This document shows positions 22,119 to 35,616 of a stretch of DNA of 64,000 nt, piece by piece. The notes below the pieces were generated by a model, which saw only the letters and a program-made list of their open reading frames with translations, had not been told where the DNA came from and ran no database searches. Source of the DNA: Azolla caroliniana (taxonomy: Eukaryota; Plantae; Polypodiophyta); assembly GCA_043228905.1 (NCBI GenBank), contig JBHGNT010000013.1, positions 6,448,001-6,512,000 on the forward strand, given 5' to 3'. The position numbers and the translations under genes are program-made. Within the stretch, counting starts at the first letter, position 1. Every line of letters starts with the position of its first letter.

Positions 22119-25100
22119 TGTGAACATTATCATCATTTATCTGACTCTTTAAATTTATAAATTTAAAACAAGCATCACTATTATTTTCTTGTGTATTTCA
22201 CCTAGAAAGCATGTGCTTCGTTCGCTCATTTAATGGGAGGTCTTTTTGAATACTTGTAGAGTATATTTATCTAGATTTCTTGCATGATTGGATGCTGTAA
22301 TAGCTTGAGAATAAGTGTTAAGAAACCATCAGTGGACCCTATCTCTCATTGTATGACGAGGATGCTTTTTGCCATTTCTCTGAGTTATGAAGCTACTGAA
22401 AGCATTACTAGATGCCTACATGTGGTCTTGCTATAAAATCAGAATTGACATGATTTGGTTCTGTGGTACGCTTATTATGTAATATTTGTGTAGTTGAACT
22501 TGAGGAATAAGTAGCCAGTACAGAGTTCAAGAGTTTGTACGTATCATAGCTGATGAAATTGGATAACGATCAGGTCAAATTTGTAGTCTGTAGAAGACTA
22601 TCAAACTCAGTAAAAGTTTTCTGATGAATGTGTTGGAAATGTCATTGAAGGGTCATAAGTGTAATTATCTATTGTGAAAGTGGTTTGTATGGTAAAAAGT
22701 ATAACTAGAAATGAAATATGGTAACATAATTTTTATGCTCGAAAATTCCATTTCCAGAGATGCTATCCTTGATTCTATGGGTATGTATAATGCACTGTGT
22801 TGTGATGATGTATTGATTGGGGGTTCACCACTTGACAATTCCAATTAAAAATGTAAGTATAAAATCTCTTGAGACTAATTGTAAGGAGCAATTAGCAACA
22901 GTTTGGTTTGGTTCAAGCGAGAGATCGAGAGTCTTCAACCAAAAATGTTTAAGAAATTGAAACCTAAACCAAACCTAAACCTCAAAACATTTTTATTGAG
23001 TTGTTTAGTCCTGGTAAACCTGAATCGTTTAAAAAATGTGAATCATGTCTGTATTGGATACAAACAGATATGATAGGTTTTAAATTTTTTTTGTCAACTA
23101 ATATTATAACATGATTGTTTTAAGTTGTTAAATTAATAATTGCTTACAGTTTAAGTTGTGATTCTTGTTAGATAGAGCCTAAATAGTTAAAAGGATACAT
23201 TTCAAATTGAACCAAATTGATAATTCTTGAAGCTCAATCAAGTTGTTTTCAAACCGATAAATTGTGACCAAACTGTTACATGTGAAGTCCTTAAAACAGT
23301 GGTTTGAGGGCTAAATTTTGGCTTAAATTAAGTTGTTGATTATTGGTAATTGCAGGAATGTAGGTTTATTGCTGGTCTTTTCCAAATATTGTGCATGCAT
23401 GTCATATTAAGTTATTTCATATTTGTGGTCAATGGATGCAATTTATTTCAGAACTTCACATATCTTGAAAGCCACATGCAACATTCTATTCAAGAAAAAA
23501 CAATAAAGCGAGAGTGGGAAATGCAACTTGTAGAAATTACAATGCTTCTCCCATGGAAATTGGAATGGAGTTAAGCTTGTTATGAGGAAAAACTTAGGTT
23601 CTCTAATTCTATGATTTTGATGATATAATGTAAACTATGAAGCCTTTTTGTGTTGACTCTCAATGTCATAAAAGATATTTGTTCCTATTCCTTTCCTATA
23701 GTATACGATTAGTATATTAAGTGAGCATATAACAATAAATAGATTACAAGATGTAAAAGGATCATTTAGGAACATTTGTAGGCAAGTGAAAGAGAAAGCA
23801 AGCATGTGTTACATAAATAATAAACCTGTAGAGTAAGAAAGAGAGTTTTATCAAAGTATCGTTGGGGAGAGATGTGAAGTGTTTATGCACATTTTCAAGA
23901 GGAAGGGGGTGGGAGGCTATCTTTATTAAGCTTGGGACAAACGTAGAGAATGACAAAGGAGTATTACTTAAAAATGGTTATGAATTGGCATGTTCGAAAT
24001 TATAAAGTGGGTTTTGAAACGGCTTATGCATTTGCTTAGTCTCCTATTGAATTTTTGTGTACCTTCTTCACACATGGGTTCCTAATTAAACAAAGAAATA
24101 TCTTATATCCCAAGTTTTGTTTTGTGAGAAATGTTTGAACAACCATTGTAGAGTATATTTATTTCTACAATATAAAATGTTTACTTTCATTTCCCTCGAC
24201 ATCAAGAGAGCTGAACTTTAACACTTTTTCACAATCGTAAATCCCTTGTGATGCTAAAAGCTAGCAAGAGAATTGTTTTCTTTTGTTTCAGTGGAAAGTA
24301 AAAGAAAAAGGAGATCATTTGGGGAAGACATGTTTTTGAAGTAGATGTTTTGGAAATAGATCTATAAATATTACACCATAGTAACTCATAGATATGAACA
24401 TTAGAGCCTTGGCGAAAGTTTCATCGTTAATCAAGGTTATCATCTACCTTTTCATTTACATTGGAATGTTTAGGTAGGTATAATGTACAAGTTCTTTGGT
24501 TTCTAGTTCCTTCATCAAAGTTTACTGTTCGGGTTAATCTTCATTGTCATTATGATTAATGCCAATGCACATGACCATTGTCTTCATAGATAACTCAATT
24601 TAATAATTGGCTACTTATTTCAACATTAGTTAGTGCGCTTGGAATACTCAATAATATGTTCTTCCCATAGACAATAATTTTGTGATGAGATTTACATCAA
24701 TCTTAATCTAAGATGAGATTACAACCCATTCTCATATATGTCAGTCATCGACCTTTGATTGATGAAGATGGTTTTATGATGAGGTCATGACATCCAGTTA
24801 CATTGTGAGCATCTTGAGTTAGGATGGATAAGTTGCCATACACATAATTAATTTGATCCTCAAGTTGAATCTTTCGTGGTCACTTTCAGATAGTTTGACT
24901 GTGTTTTATGAGTGTTAACACTAAATCTCCAATGTGATGACAAAAAAAGAATTTGGTTTTTAGACCCTCATGGAACTTGAACTTGTCTCAAGCAAAAGAA
25001 GTCATAAATTCTCATTTTCGTCAACTGTTAACAGGCTAAGAGCATTAACAAATTTAATATGTTTTTTTGTATTCTAATTTTGAGTACTAATAATAACTAG

Positions 25101-26239
25101 AGAAGACATTGGCAGGTGCTAAAAATTTCAACATACACATAGTCCAAGGCAATGAGTTTATACATCTACATATCCATTCCGGGGTTGATCCTTCTGATAC
25201 TGGTGTGCATGTGTTGCTACATGCTAGGGAGGCGGACTGCACATTATGGCTCTACGAGTGAGGGGACAACACAACCAACCAATGTCATCCCCACCAACCC
25301 TAATTTCTCTTACCCACGATAACATGCTTTGTAACCATGACAACAAGCTTCATTTGAGCATGATGATAAATCAACTTTAAACAAATGACAACCTTGATTT
25401 TGAGCACAAATATGAACCAATAATTTGGTCATTAATCATTTGAAATGGTTGGAACTTTTAATTTGAAAATCGTAAAATAAATGCAGAGTTAATTATATAT
25501 ATATATATATTGGGGGGGGTGTGTGGGGTTTACAGTTTCTAGTTTTGAGTACAATTTCCAGTTTCTAAATCAATAAAGAGTGTGCACACCTGAAACATTT
25601 GACACTGCTAGAGTAAGGATTAAAACAGTAAAGAGGATTAAAACAGTAAAGAGGATTAACATTAGTAGATCACTACTATTGTAAGAGCTAAAAGAATAAA
25701 TAAAAAGGACACACGAGTGTAACCATCTAGCACCATCAGTAAGTGAGACTGATCTGCTGCTTATCAGATACACAAGAATACCCTTCCGCAATGCACGCAA
25801 AGGATGTGTACATTAGTTATATATATCCCTTTTGTTATAATTTTTCTGGTTATTCACACAACCAGCAACTGTTTCAGGAAATTTGGCACCATAAATCAAC
25901 TTGTAACTGTTCCGTTATAACTGCGTGTATAGTGAATGGAAAATCCATGTTCCTACTATACAAAGCATTTCATTATACTTGTAGAATAGAGCAAATTATG
26001 TGTACACCAACCAACCATCACAGCCCTATCTATGCAAAGCAGTTACTATATATATATATATATATATATATATTCTTGCATCACAGAACCAAATCTTGCA
26101 CAAGGTTACAGCTCCCTCCCTTCCTTTTGTCTAATACCTCTATAGGGAGAGAGAGACTCCCAAACCTTATGCACATCCTACAAGAAAATGATAAATAGCT
26201 AAGAATCTCTCATCGGTCGGTAATGGATCAGTCAAGAAA

Positions 26240-27421
26240 TTAACAAGTTAATGATGTTGATATCACCTGTAAGAAACCAGGCAAAGGTGGTTTTCTCTCT
26301 TCACACACTTTGTGCTTCTTCTCGCACGCCTCTAGACAGCCTTTCATCCTTTGTAGAAGCGCTGGAATGTCTTTCTTCAAAGCAGCTATTTGAGCTTTCA
26401 GCAGTTTGACTTGGGCTATGGCATCATCGTTGCTGGGATAATCTTCCTCTTAAGAAACACATACACAAAATATCAAGTTTGACGCCAAATGTAGATTGAA
26501 AATAAGATATAAGAGGAGCCCAATGTAAGCGTGTGAGCCGTATCACAAGAACAGAGGAAACCCGGGAATCCACACACAAACACATAATTAAAGGCAGCAA
26601 AGGTTCAATGTAAACATGTCAGTCACAAGAAGTAGAGTAAAGATATATCGGCACCAGACTAAAACTTTTATTATTAGTGTCTGACGGATCAAACCAGGTA
26701 TCTAAGCTGCAATGGAGATGCAGGTAAAGTACGATAATGATGCACTTAGCTTGCGGTTCTCAAGAGTCTGGCCAACTACAACTTGAATCTAATGTGCCAT
26801 AGAAAGGCAGTTTGATGCATACTTGGACCGACACAAGATTTGAATCTTTCTCTTTTACTGTCTAACAGAACAGAACAAATGCAGTTTCATGCAAGAATCG
26901 ATGTTTTCTTCAACCGATACAACATTTTTCAAGTCCTTCTCTTTTTTATTGTTCAGAAAATCAAACTGTAGATCATCAACGAAATGATGCAGATGGGTAA
27001 AAGAAAGAGTGCAGCTTCAAATTTACGGGTTTCAACAGTGCAGAATACTAAGAAAAGGCGTAAGATTTGGTGTAGGGTTTCAAAAGTAAGGAAGAAGCAG
27101 GAAAAGACGCAGTCAAACCATACCTCGGCCACCACCATCATCGTGGTCATCATCATCATCGACGGGATCATCTAAAGACAATTCAGGTGGTCTTGTGTGG
27201 TGAAGGTACGTCTGAATGCGAGAGGAGATAAGGGAAGGACCTTGGGAGCTGTAATGCTGAGCTTTGGAGGCCAACCGCTCGATCTCTGCTTGCAACTCTC
27301 TCACCTCTTCGTCGTCGTCATAGTCTTCTCGGAACATTGAGGCCAACATAGCCTCCACAGACACAGGAGACACAGGAGACACCTTCGCCTCTCCCATCTC
27401 CCTCTCCATCGCCATCGCCAT
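26240..27421 (-). CDS. Uncharacterised two-exon coiled-coil protein, 168 aa (exons 27421-27124, 26448-26240)
   Basis: Exon 1 MAMAMERE...EEVRELQAEIERLASKAQHY...RPPELSL ends CGAG|gtatgg. Exon 2 follows tttcttaag| and reads EDYPSNDDAIAQVKLLKAQIAALKKDIPALLQRMKGCLEACEKK...TC*. Phases match (298+209 nt). Confidence 0.78.
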
Positions 27422-27581
27422 CGCTGTCGCTATCGATCTCTCTGTCTCTGTCTCTCTGTCTCAGAGGAGCTTGAGTTCCCGCCTTTTAGTCCAAAGGCAT
27501 GCTTGAGTGGGCATCATCTCTCAATGTCAGCCAAATACATATATATGTACATGTAACATATATGTATGTATTATATATATG

Positions 27582-28305
27582 CATAGATTGACATATTCGC
27601 ATTCGTGGGATTTTCCATTCGAATGCAAACGAATACGCATACATTCGTGTGGTCAAGTATTCGTTTTTAAAAAAAAGGAAAAAAAAGGAGGTGAAGTCCC
27701 TCCTTTTAGTTTCTTAGGAAAAAAAGGGGGACTTGACAATAAAAAGGGGATAATAAAATAGAGAGTTGAGAGAGACTTGACACTAATAAATTTTCATTGG
27801 AGATCTTGATTCTTTACCAAATAAATAAATAAAATAAAATAAATTTTCGCTTTATTTTTAATAAATAAATAAAATAAAAGAAAGGTTCATTAATTCTTCA
27901 CCTTTTCTTTTCCCAAAATTTATGGATATTTTTACGTGACATTAAAATTGAGACTTCACATTAATCATGTTTTCATAGTAAATAAAAAAATATTCGTTTT
28001 TTTAAAATAAAAAAATCAATTATTTAAATAAAATAAAGGTTCATAAACTCTCCTCTTTTTTTTTTTGACACTAGAAAGGAGAGTTTATACTAATCATATT
28101 TTTATAAATTATTAATGAATAATTGTTCTTTTTTTTAGTGAATTAAATTTATTTATTTTTAAATTAATTAATTAATTAATTAATTGTATATTTATTTTAC
28201 AAAACGAATGGTTTTTAAATATTCTTAGGGCCATTTTGTATTCTCGAATATTGAGAATATCACGCATGGAGAATGTGGCGAATATCACGCATGTGTCAAT
28301 CTATG
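27582..28305. mobile_element. Non-autonomous hAT-type element (724 bp, AT-rich) upstream of the coiled-coil gene
   Basis: Perfect 12-bp TIRs catagattgaca (27582-93) / tgtcaatctatg (28294-305), 8-bp TSD tatatatg on both sides, repeated attcg/cgaat subterminal motifs. Confidence 0.82.
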
Positions 28306-28600
28306 TATATATGTATGTATTATATATATGTATGTACATACATATATGTATGATATACATATACATGATGACCATACATATATGTACCGACGTGTCTATT
28401 ACACACCGAACCATAAATAGGGCTGGTGAGGGAATTGCGGCCATGGACGGTGTAGGTAGCTCAGCCGAAGGTGTGTGCGATCTGCACCGTCCGATTTGGA
28501 TTTTTTTTTAAACGCGCCATAAAAAAATTTGTCCTCGTTCGCCCAACTCTGAGTCCTCAGTCACCCAACTCTGTCAGTGGTCGCCCAACTAGGGTTCACC

Positions 28601-29276
28601 ATAGCCAACGCTACTCCTAAGAAACTTGGCAAGGTGAAGTGGTTCAACAACACCAAAGGTTATGGCTTCACCTCCCCGAACTGACGATGGTAGTGAGGAC
28701 CTCGTCGTCCAGTAGACCTCTATTCACAACCAGCCAAGGCTTCCGCTCCCTCGCGGAAGGGGAGGCGGTGGAGTAACGAGTTCATGATGGAGGAAGGAAG
28801 GTCGAGCCAAGGCCGTGGAGGTGAGTGGACCGAACGGAGAGGACAGTTGATGGATGTGGACGTGGACGTGAATGTGGAGCGGGTGGATTCAAAGGTGGTG
28901 GAGGCCTTGGTGCGCGGGGGCCGTGGTAGGGGAAGAGGTTACAGTGGTGATAATGGTGACTCTGGTGGAAGCTATGGTGGAGAGGGTAACCGAGGAGGCT
29001 ATGGTAGGGGAGGAGGGGTATATAGAAGCAAGCGCAGGAGCAGGAGGAGGAAGCTATGGAAGAGGGAGCGTGTTATACATGTGGAGAGACTGACCATCTC
29101 GCCGGAGACTGTGCCTCCTTTGAAGAAGTCAATGGAAGGCATGGTGGATATGGAGTAGTTGGCTATGGAGGATCTCGTGGTGGATATGGTGGAGCTCGCT
29201 AACTATGGCGGCAACGATTGCTTCAAGTGTGGCGAGAACGGTCATTTCACTCATGACTTGCAACATCCAAGCCTGA
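28601..29276 (+). pseudogene. Cold-shock domain protein pseudogene (CSD, Gly-rich region, CCHC knuckles)
   Basis: Start codon mutated to ATA. Fragments GKVKWFNNTKGYGF, DDGSEDL, GFRSLAEGEAVE, KAVEVSGPNG, then Gly-rich repeats and CYTCGE / CFKCGENGHF knuckles. Several stops and frameshifts, no introns. Confidence 0.9.
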
Positions 29277-29567
29277 TCAGGAGAATCTCCATATCTGATA
29301 CCTCCACCTCATTCTCTTCTCTTCAAAATCCCTTCATCTCCTTCATCTTCATTGTCACGAGTTCTGTTTATTTACTTCCATCCAGGTAATTTGTTTATTT
29401 ACTTCCGTCTACAGGTTTTCCATCGTTTGAAGTCTTTGATCATCATCGGCTTCATTCAACTTGTGGAAGATCTTTTGTTCGAAGTGTTGGGGACAAGGCC
29501 GTCAATGCGGAAGTGCAAGCAACATTCGTGATGAAGAAGAACCTGTGTATGCGCATAAGCAAGATAG

Positions 29568-29627
<60 letters not shown>

Positions 29628-29665
29628 GCTCAAAGAAAACGTTATATTCTAATAGCAACAGTTAC

Positions 29666-32600
29666 TGTTGAGAATCAAGCTCAACTTGGTCTAGTGTGTG
29701 AACTCACCTTGAGAGTGAAGAGACATTCCAACGGTCAAGAGTCACCATTATGTCACCACTTTGTATTCTAGCATTTAGTATGAGTCATAGAATCATATTC
29801 TATGACACATAACTTATGAGCTTTCACATTCCCCATGCTCCATGAGTCTTGTAGTTAATGAAGAGAGAGGGTGACTACATAAAGCACCCTCCTCCCACCT
29901 TGTATAACGTTGTGTCTTTCTCCTTTGTTAATATACTTAACCTTGCGTATACTTTGTTGTGTGTGTGTGTGTCTCTCTCTCTATCTCATACACACACACA
30001 CACACACACACAGTTCACACCTATTCCGCTTCACAAGAATCCATCTCTTGATTCTTTACATGGTATTAGAGTGATTTGGTAGCTCGATCTAGCCCATTCG
30101 CCTCATCGTGATCGTGTGTTGTGCTCCACGCCGACGACCAAGAACCGGCTCGTCGCTATCGTAGCTTTGCTACATAGCTCGCATTCGAAGAGAGAAGAAG
30201 AAGAAGAAGAATCGACATAATGAATACTCAAATGGGGAGCGCTCTCCCTACCGAGAAGTTGGATCAAAACAACTTTGCATCTTGGGAGTACAAGATGCAC
30301 CAATACCTTGTCGGACAAGGCTATTGGAGCTACATCAAAGGAGCGCATGAAGACCGACCTGCCGAAGCGGCTCCCGAATACGCGACATGGGAACAAGCCG
30401 CAAGCTGCGTGATGTATTGCTTGGCGACATGTGTTCACGATCACATGCTTGGCTACATTCGCGAAGCCAAGACGCCGGAGGAGGCATGGGAAAATCTACG
30501 AAAGATTTTCGCGGCAAACACGACTGCGAGGAAGCTTCAACTCCGCCAAGAGTTGAACAACATTCAACAAAGGGACATGTCCATTACAACATACACCTCG
30601 AAGATCAAGGAGCTTTGCGATTCGCTCAGCTCAATAAGCGTAAATATCGATGATGATGAGATGGTCCAAATATGCCTCGGCGGCCTCGCACCACGGTTCG
30701 GCGCGATGCGAACCGCCGTTCTAGCACGGGAGAAATCTCCCTCCTTCTTCGAGCTCCAATCAATGCTATTGGTCAAAGAAAACCACGTGCGTACAAGGAG
30801 CAATGAGTTGGAAGGCCACATGCTTTACACGCACTCTAACGGAGAAGAGGATGCGGACAAGCGAGAGGCCGATTCGGCTAAGGACAAGGCGGACGGGGTC
30901 CAACCTACAACAACAACTCCCAATTTCGGCTGCAAAATGGAGGCTAACGAGGAACCTTTGCAAGAAGGGGGAGCTTCCACTCCGGCCCAAGCCGTCAAAA
31001 CGCAACCGAATGCGGATATTGCGGAAAGCTCGGCCACCACGAAGAAGAGTGCCGAAAGAAGATGCGTGAATCGGCTTCCACAAGCCGACAACTCACGAAT
31101 TACGCACACAATTCTGACTACGAAGAGTATAGCGAAATGTATGGGCACAACTCCGACTACAAAGATTGTGGCGGAATGTACGCACACAACTCCGACCGTG
31201 GCGGAATGTTCATGATGAAACATAAAGCAAACTCTATGTCGGCCTCTACCTCAACTAGTGCCTCCAGTCCGGAAGACGTATGGTTCGTCGATTCCAATGC
31301 CTCAAACCATGTGACATCGCATGAAGAATGGTTCTAAGAACTTCGAGAGCTGGACCGACCCGGCTATGTCGAAACCAGAGACGACACGACGCACTCGATT
31401 CGGCACATCGGCAATGTTCCGTTCGGAAAAGAAGGTAAGCAAAATTACATTAAAAATGTCTTGCATGTACCGACCATTACGGAGAATTTGGTCTCCGTGA
31501 GCCAAATTGTAGAGCAAGGGATGCAAGCTCAATTTAATCAAGGCGGTTGCTTCATCGAAAAACAGGGCCGACTCATTGCACGCGGACGAAGAGAGGGCTG
31601 AATGTTCATTCTCGACTCACACAAGATGAAATCGGCCATGTTTGCAAAGGGCATGAAAGCCGACTCCGACATAGAGTTATGGCACAAGCGGATTGGCCAT
31701 ATAAATCTCCAAAAGCTCAAAGGAATGAAATCGAAAGGAGTCGTCATCGGACTCCCGACATTCAAAGAGAAGGAGATTGAAGGTGTATGCGAAGCGTGCC
31801 AATTCGGCAAGCAACACTGACACCCATTCCCGAAAGAGCAGAACGTAAGCAAAGGTCTACTCGATGTAGTCCATTCCGACATATGGGGACCGGCGTAGAC
31901 GACTACATTCGGCGGATGCCGATATTACGTGCTCTTCATCGACGACTTCTCCAGGCACACTTGGATCTACCCGATGCGGCAAAAGAACAAAGTGTTCAGA
32001 CACTTCCAAACTTTCAAGAATGAAGTCGAGAAAGCCATGGGCCGACATGTACGTTGTCTTCGATCAGATGGCGGCAAGGAGTACTTCTCGGACGCCTTCA
32101 CGACGTATCTCCGAAAGGAAGGAATTCGGCGAGAATTCACTTGCCGACACACTCCGCAACAAAACAGGGTAGCCGAGCACAAAAATCGGCACATCCTCGA
32201 AGTAGCGCGGGCCATGATGAACGAGAAGCATATGCCCAAGTCATATTGGGCCAAAGCTGCAAATACGGCCGTCTACCTAATGAACCGATGCACAACATCC
32301 GGCGTGCACGAGGTCACTCCGCACGAAAAATACTTTGGAAAGAAGCGGGACTTATCGCACACCCGGATATTTGGCGCGATAGCGTACGTGCACATCCCCG
32401 ACGAGAAGCGTCAAAAGCTTGATTTGAAGTCGGAGAAATGTATCCTCATAGGATACTCACTGGAGCAAAAGGGGTACAAGTGCTACAACCCCTCAACTCG
32501 AAAATCTCGAGTAAGTCGAGACTTCGTTTTTGACGAGTCCGCATCCTGGTACGCACTAGAGACAACTCCAACTCCGACTCCGCTCAACCCGGAATTCGCC

Positions 32601-35153
32601 GAACAAGAGATCGAGGATGAAGATCGCCTTATGCGCATATTCGAAGAAAGTCCGATCACGACCTGATTGAGCGGACCACTAGAGCCTTTGAGCGATCAAA
32701 GCACATCACGGCTTAGCCCGAAGATGGACAAAGGCAAGGCGAAAATGGTGGAATATGAAGACGATCGCTTTGACGACGATGAATCGACTCACTCACTCGA
32801 CAGTGAGTTCGGCGGCTTCGATGTACCAATCGGAGCTAAGAAAGCCCTCATCTTTGCAAATGAAAAGCTCCGCCGATCCACTCGTGAAAAGAACCCCCTA
32901 AGCCGATTCGGCTACAACGATTATATGGCATACCATTACGCCTTTATGATGAAGGTGACAACAGTACGGGAGCCAGAAACCTTTTCCAAAGCAGCCAAGG
33001 ATCCGCGATGGATCGAAGCCATGAATGAGGAGATGCAGGCACTACGCAAGAACGAGACATGGGATCTCGTTCCCACCTCACCACACAAAAAGGCGATCGA
33101 ATGCAGATGGATTTACAAAGTGAAGTACAACGCCGACGGTTCCGTCAACCGCTACAAAGCGCGACTCATAGCGAAAGGCTACGCCCAAATGCACGGAGTT
33201 GACTATGAGGAGACCTTTGCCCCGGTGGCAAAGATGACAATGGTGCGGACCGTAATTGCACTTGCCGCGGTGAAAGGGTGGCACCTCCATCAAATGGACG
33301 TTAAGAACGCCTTTCTACAAGGCGAATTAGAAGAGGAGGTGTACATGATACAACCACCTGGCTTCAACTCGAGCACCCATCCGAAAGCTGTATGCCGACT
33401 CAAGAAGCCACTCTATGGCCTCAAGCAAGCACCGCGTGCTTGACATTCGAAGATAACGCAATATCTTCATCAAATCGGCTTCCGTATGTCAAAATCGGAC
33501 AACTCCCTCTACATACAAAGCGATTCCACAAGTCCGATCGTCATCATTTTATATGTGGATGACCTAGTCATTGGAGGGGAGCATCTCGTCGAAATCAATA
33601 AAGTCAAATCCCTCCTTTCCGACAAGTTCGAGATGACGGACATGAAGGAGCTCCACTACTTCCTCGGCATCGAGGTAATTCGGACTTCGGCCGGAATCAT
33701 GATCTCTCAACGGCACTACATCCTCAACTTGTTATACAAGTTCGGAATGGCTGAGTGCAAATCCGCGGCAACCCCGCTCGATCGCAATCTCAAACTAGAT
33801 GCGAACTCCGGCACCAAAGCGTGTGAGCCGACTCAGTATCGGCAACTCATCGGGAGTCTCATCTACCTCACGATCACACGACCCGATCTCCGTTATCCGG
33901 TTGGTCTCCTTAGTCAATTCATGCAAACACCGCGTGATACTCACTTGGATTGCACTAAGCGAGTTCTACGCTACGTGAGCGGCACAATGGATTGCAGCAT
34001 CCTCTACAAGACCACGATGCCAATACGACTTGAGGGGTACACAGACGCCGATTGGGCCGGCTACAAAGCCGATAGAAGATCAACCTCCGGATTTGTTTTC
34101 TCCCTCTGCAGTGGAGCAATATCCTAGAGTAGCAAGAAGCAGCCTATCGTCGCTCTTTCGAGTCTGGAGGTGGAATACAAGGGCGTAGTTGTAGCTGCGT
34201 GTGAAGCCGTATGGCTCAAGAGGATTTTGAAGGATCTGGGCGTACCCATCAAGGATTCGACTTCCCTTTAATGCGACAACATGAGCAATATCTATCTGGC
34301 TCGGAACCCGGTGTTCCACGCGCGGACAAAGCACATCGAAGTGCATTATCACTTCATCCGAGAGCGCGTTCTGGCTAGCGATGTCGACCTACAACACGTT
34401 AGCACAAAACTTCAAACGGCCGACATCTTCACTAAAGCCTTAGGAGCCGACAAGATGTGGCACTTCATGACCGATCTCGGATTGACGATCCCTGACCTGC
34501 CAAGCTTGAGGGGGAGTACTGAAGACATTACGCAATAACGCGTGGATTCCGCAAGCCGCGCACACTACGCAACAATGCGTGGATTACGCAACCACGCAAC
34601 GAAGCCGCGAAGAGCCGATCTACCGCGCAAAGCCACGAAGAGCCGATCTACCGCGCAAAGCCGCGAAGAAAGACGCAAGCCGAAGCACAGACTTCGCAAC
34701 TATGCACAACGCAAGCTGGAGCACGGATTCCGCAACTCCGCATAAATGCGAGTCGACGCGGACTTCGGAACGCGAGTTGAAGCGGATTTCGGATACCGTT
34801 TGAAACCGACCCGACTTGAGCTTGAGGGGGCGTGTTGAAAATCAAGCTCAACTTGGTCTAGTGTGAACTCACCTTGAGAGTGAAGAGACACTCCAACGGT
34901 CAAGAGTCACCATTATGTCACCACTTTGTATTCTAGCATTTAGTATGAGTAATAGAATCATATTCTATGACACATAACTTATGAGCTTTCACATTCCCCA
35001 TGCTCCATGAGTCTTGTAGTTAATGAAGAGAGAGGGTGACTACATAAAGCACCCTCCTCCCACCTTGTATAACGTTGTGTCTTTCTCCTTTGTTAATATA
35101 CTTAACCTTGCGTATACTTTGTTGTGTGTGTGTGTGTGTCTCTCTCTCTATCT

Positions 35154-35211
<58 letters not shown>

Positions 35212-35257
35212 TCACACTTATTCCGCTTCACAAGAATCCATCTCTTGATTCTTTACA
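29666..35257 (+). mobile_element. Full-length Ty1/Copia family A, copy 2, inserted in the 3' LTR of element B
   Basis: LTRs 29666-30060 and 34833-35257 (TG...CA), 5-bp TSD gttac (29661-65, 35258-62), PBS tggtattagag at 30061, PPT gaggggg before 34833. Confidence 0.97.
30220..34538 (+). pseudogene. Copia A2 gag-pol (gag, CCHC, protease, integrase, RT, RNase H), disrupted
   Basis: [71 protein letters not shown]. One frameshift in gag and at least 8 in-frame stops. Confidence 0.95.
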
Positions 35258-35616
35258 GTTACAGAGAATGACAACCAACCTTTATTAAAGGTTACAAAGT
35301 CACTTTATATAGTGACTATCCTAGGGCAACTGCCCTTTATGCTATTTACAGAAATAGCCCAAACTTGGGCTGTCCAAAGGGACAATGTGAATACGGCCAT
35401 TATACACTCGTATTCGACACTCCCCCGTAATGGGCGTATACATGGGTTATCTAAAAATTACAGGTATATATACAAGGTTTATCGGATAGATTGGTTTTGT
35501 TAGAGTCGACAAGATCCAAAGACAGAGACCGAACCGGTCGGGTCGGAAGAGCTGAAGTCAATCCTCAAAGAACCAATGTCTGTTGTCCGAAACCGTCCTG
35601 TGTTGTATGTCCGACT

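Noticed and set aside
22886-23280. Possible second, older hAT MITE with aaacc/ggttt motifs
   Set aside because: No convincing TIR pair or TSD could be identified.
24390-24436. Weak resemblance to an 18S segment (ttaatcaag)
   Set aside because: Too short and divergent to distinguish from chance.
28784-29158. 124-aa Gly/Arg-rich ORF as an independent gene
   Set aside because: It is a frameshifted part of the cold-shock-domain pseudogene.
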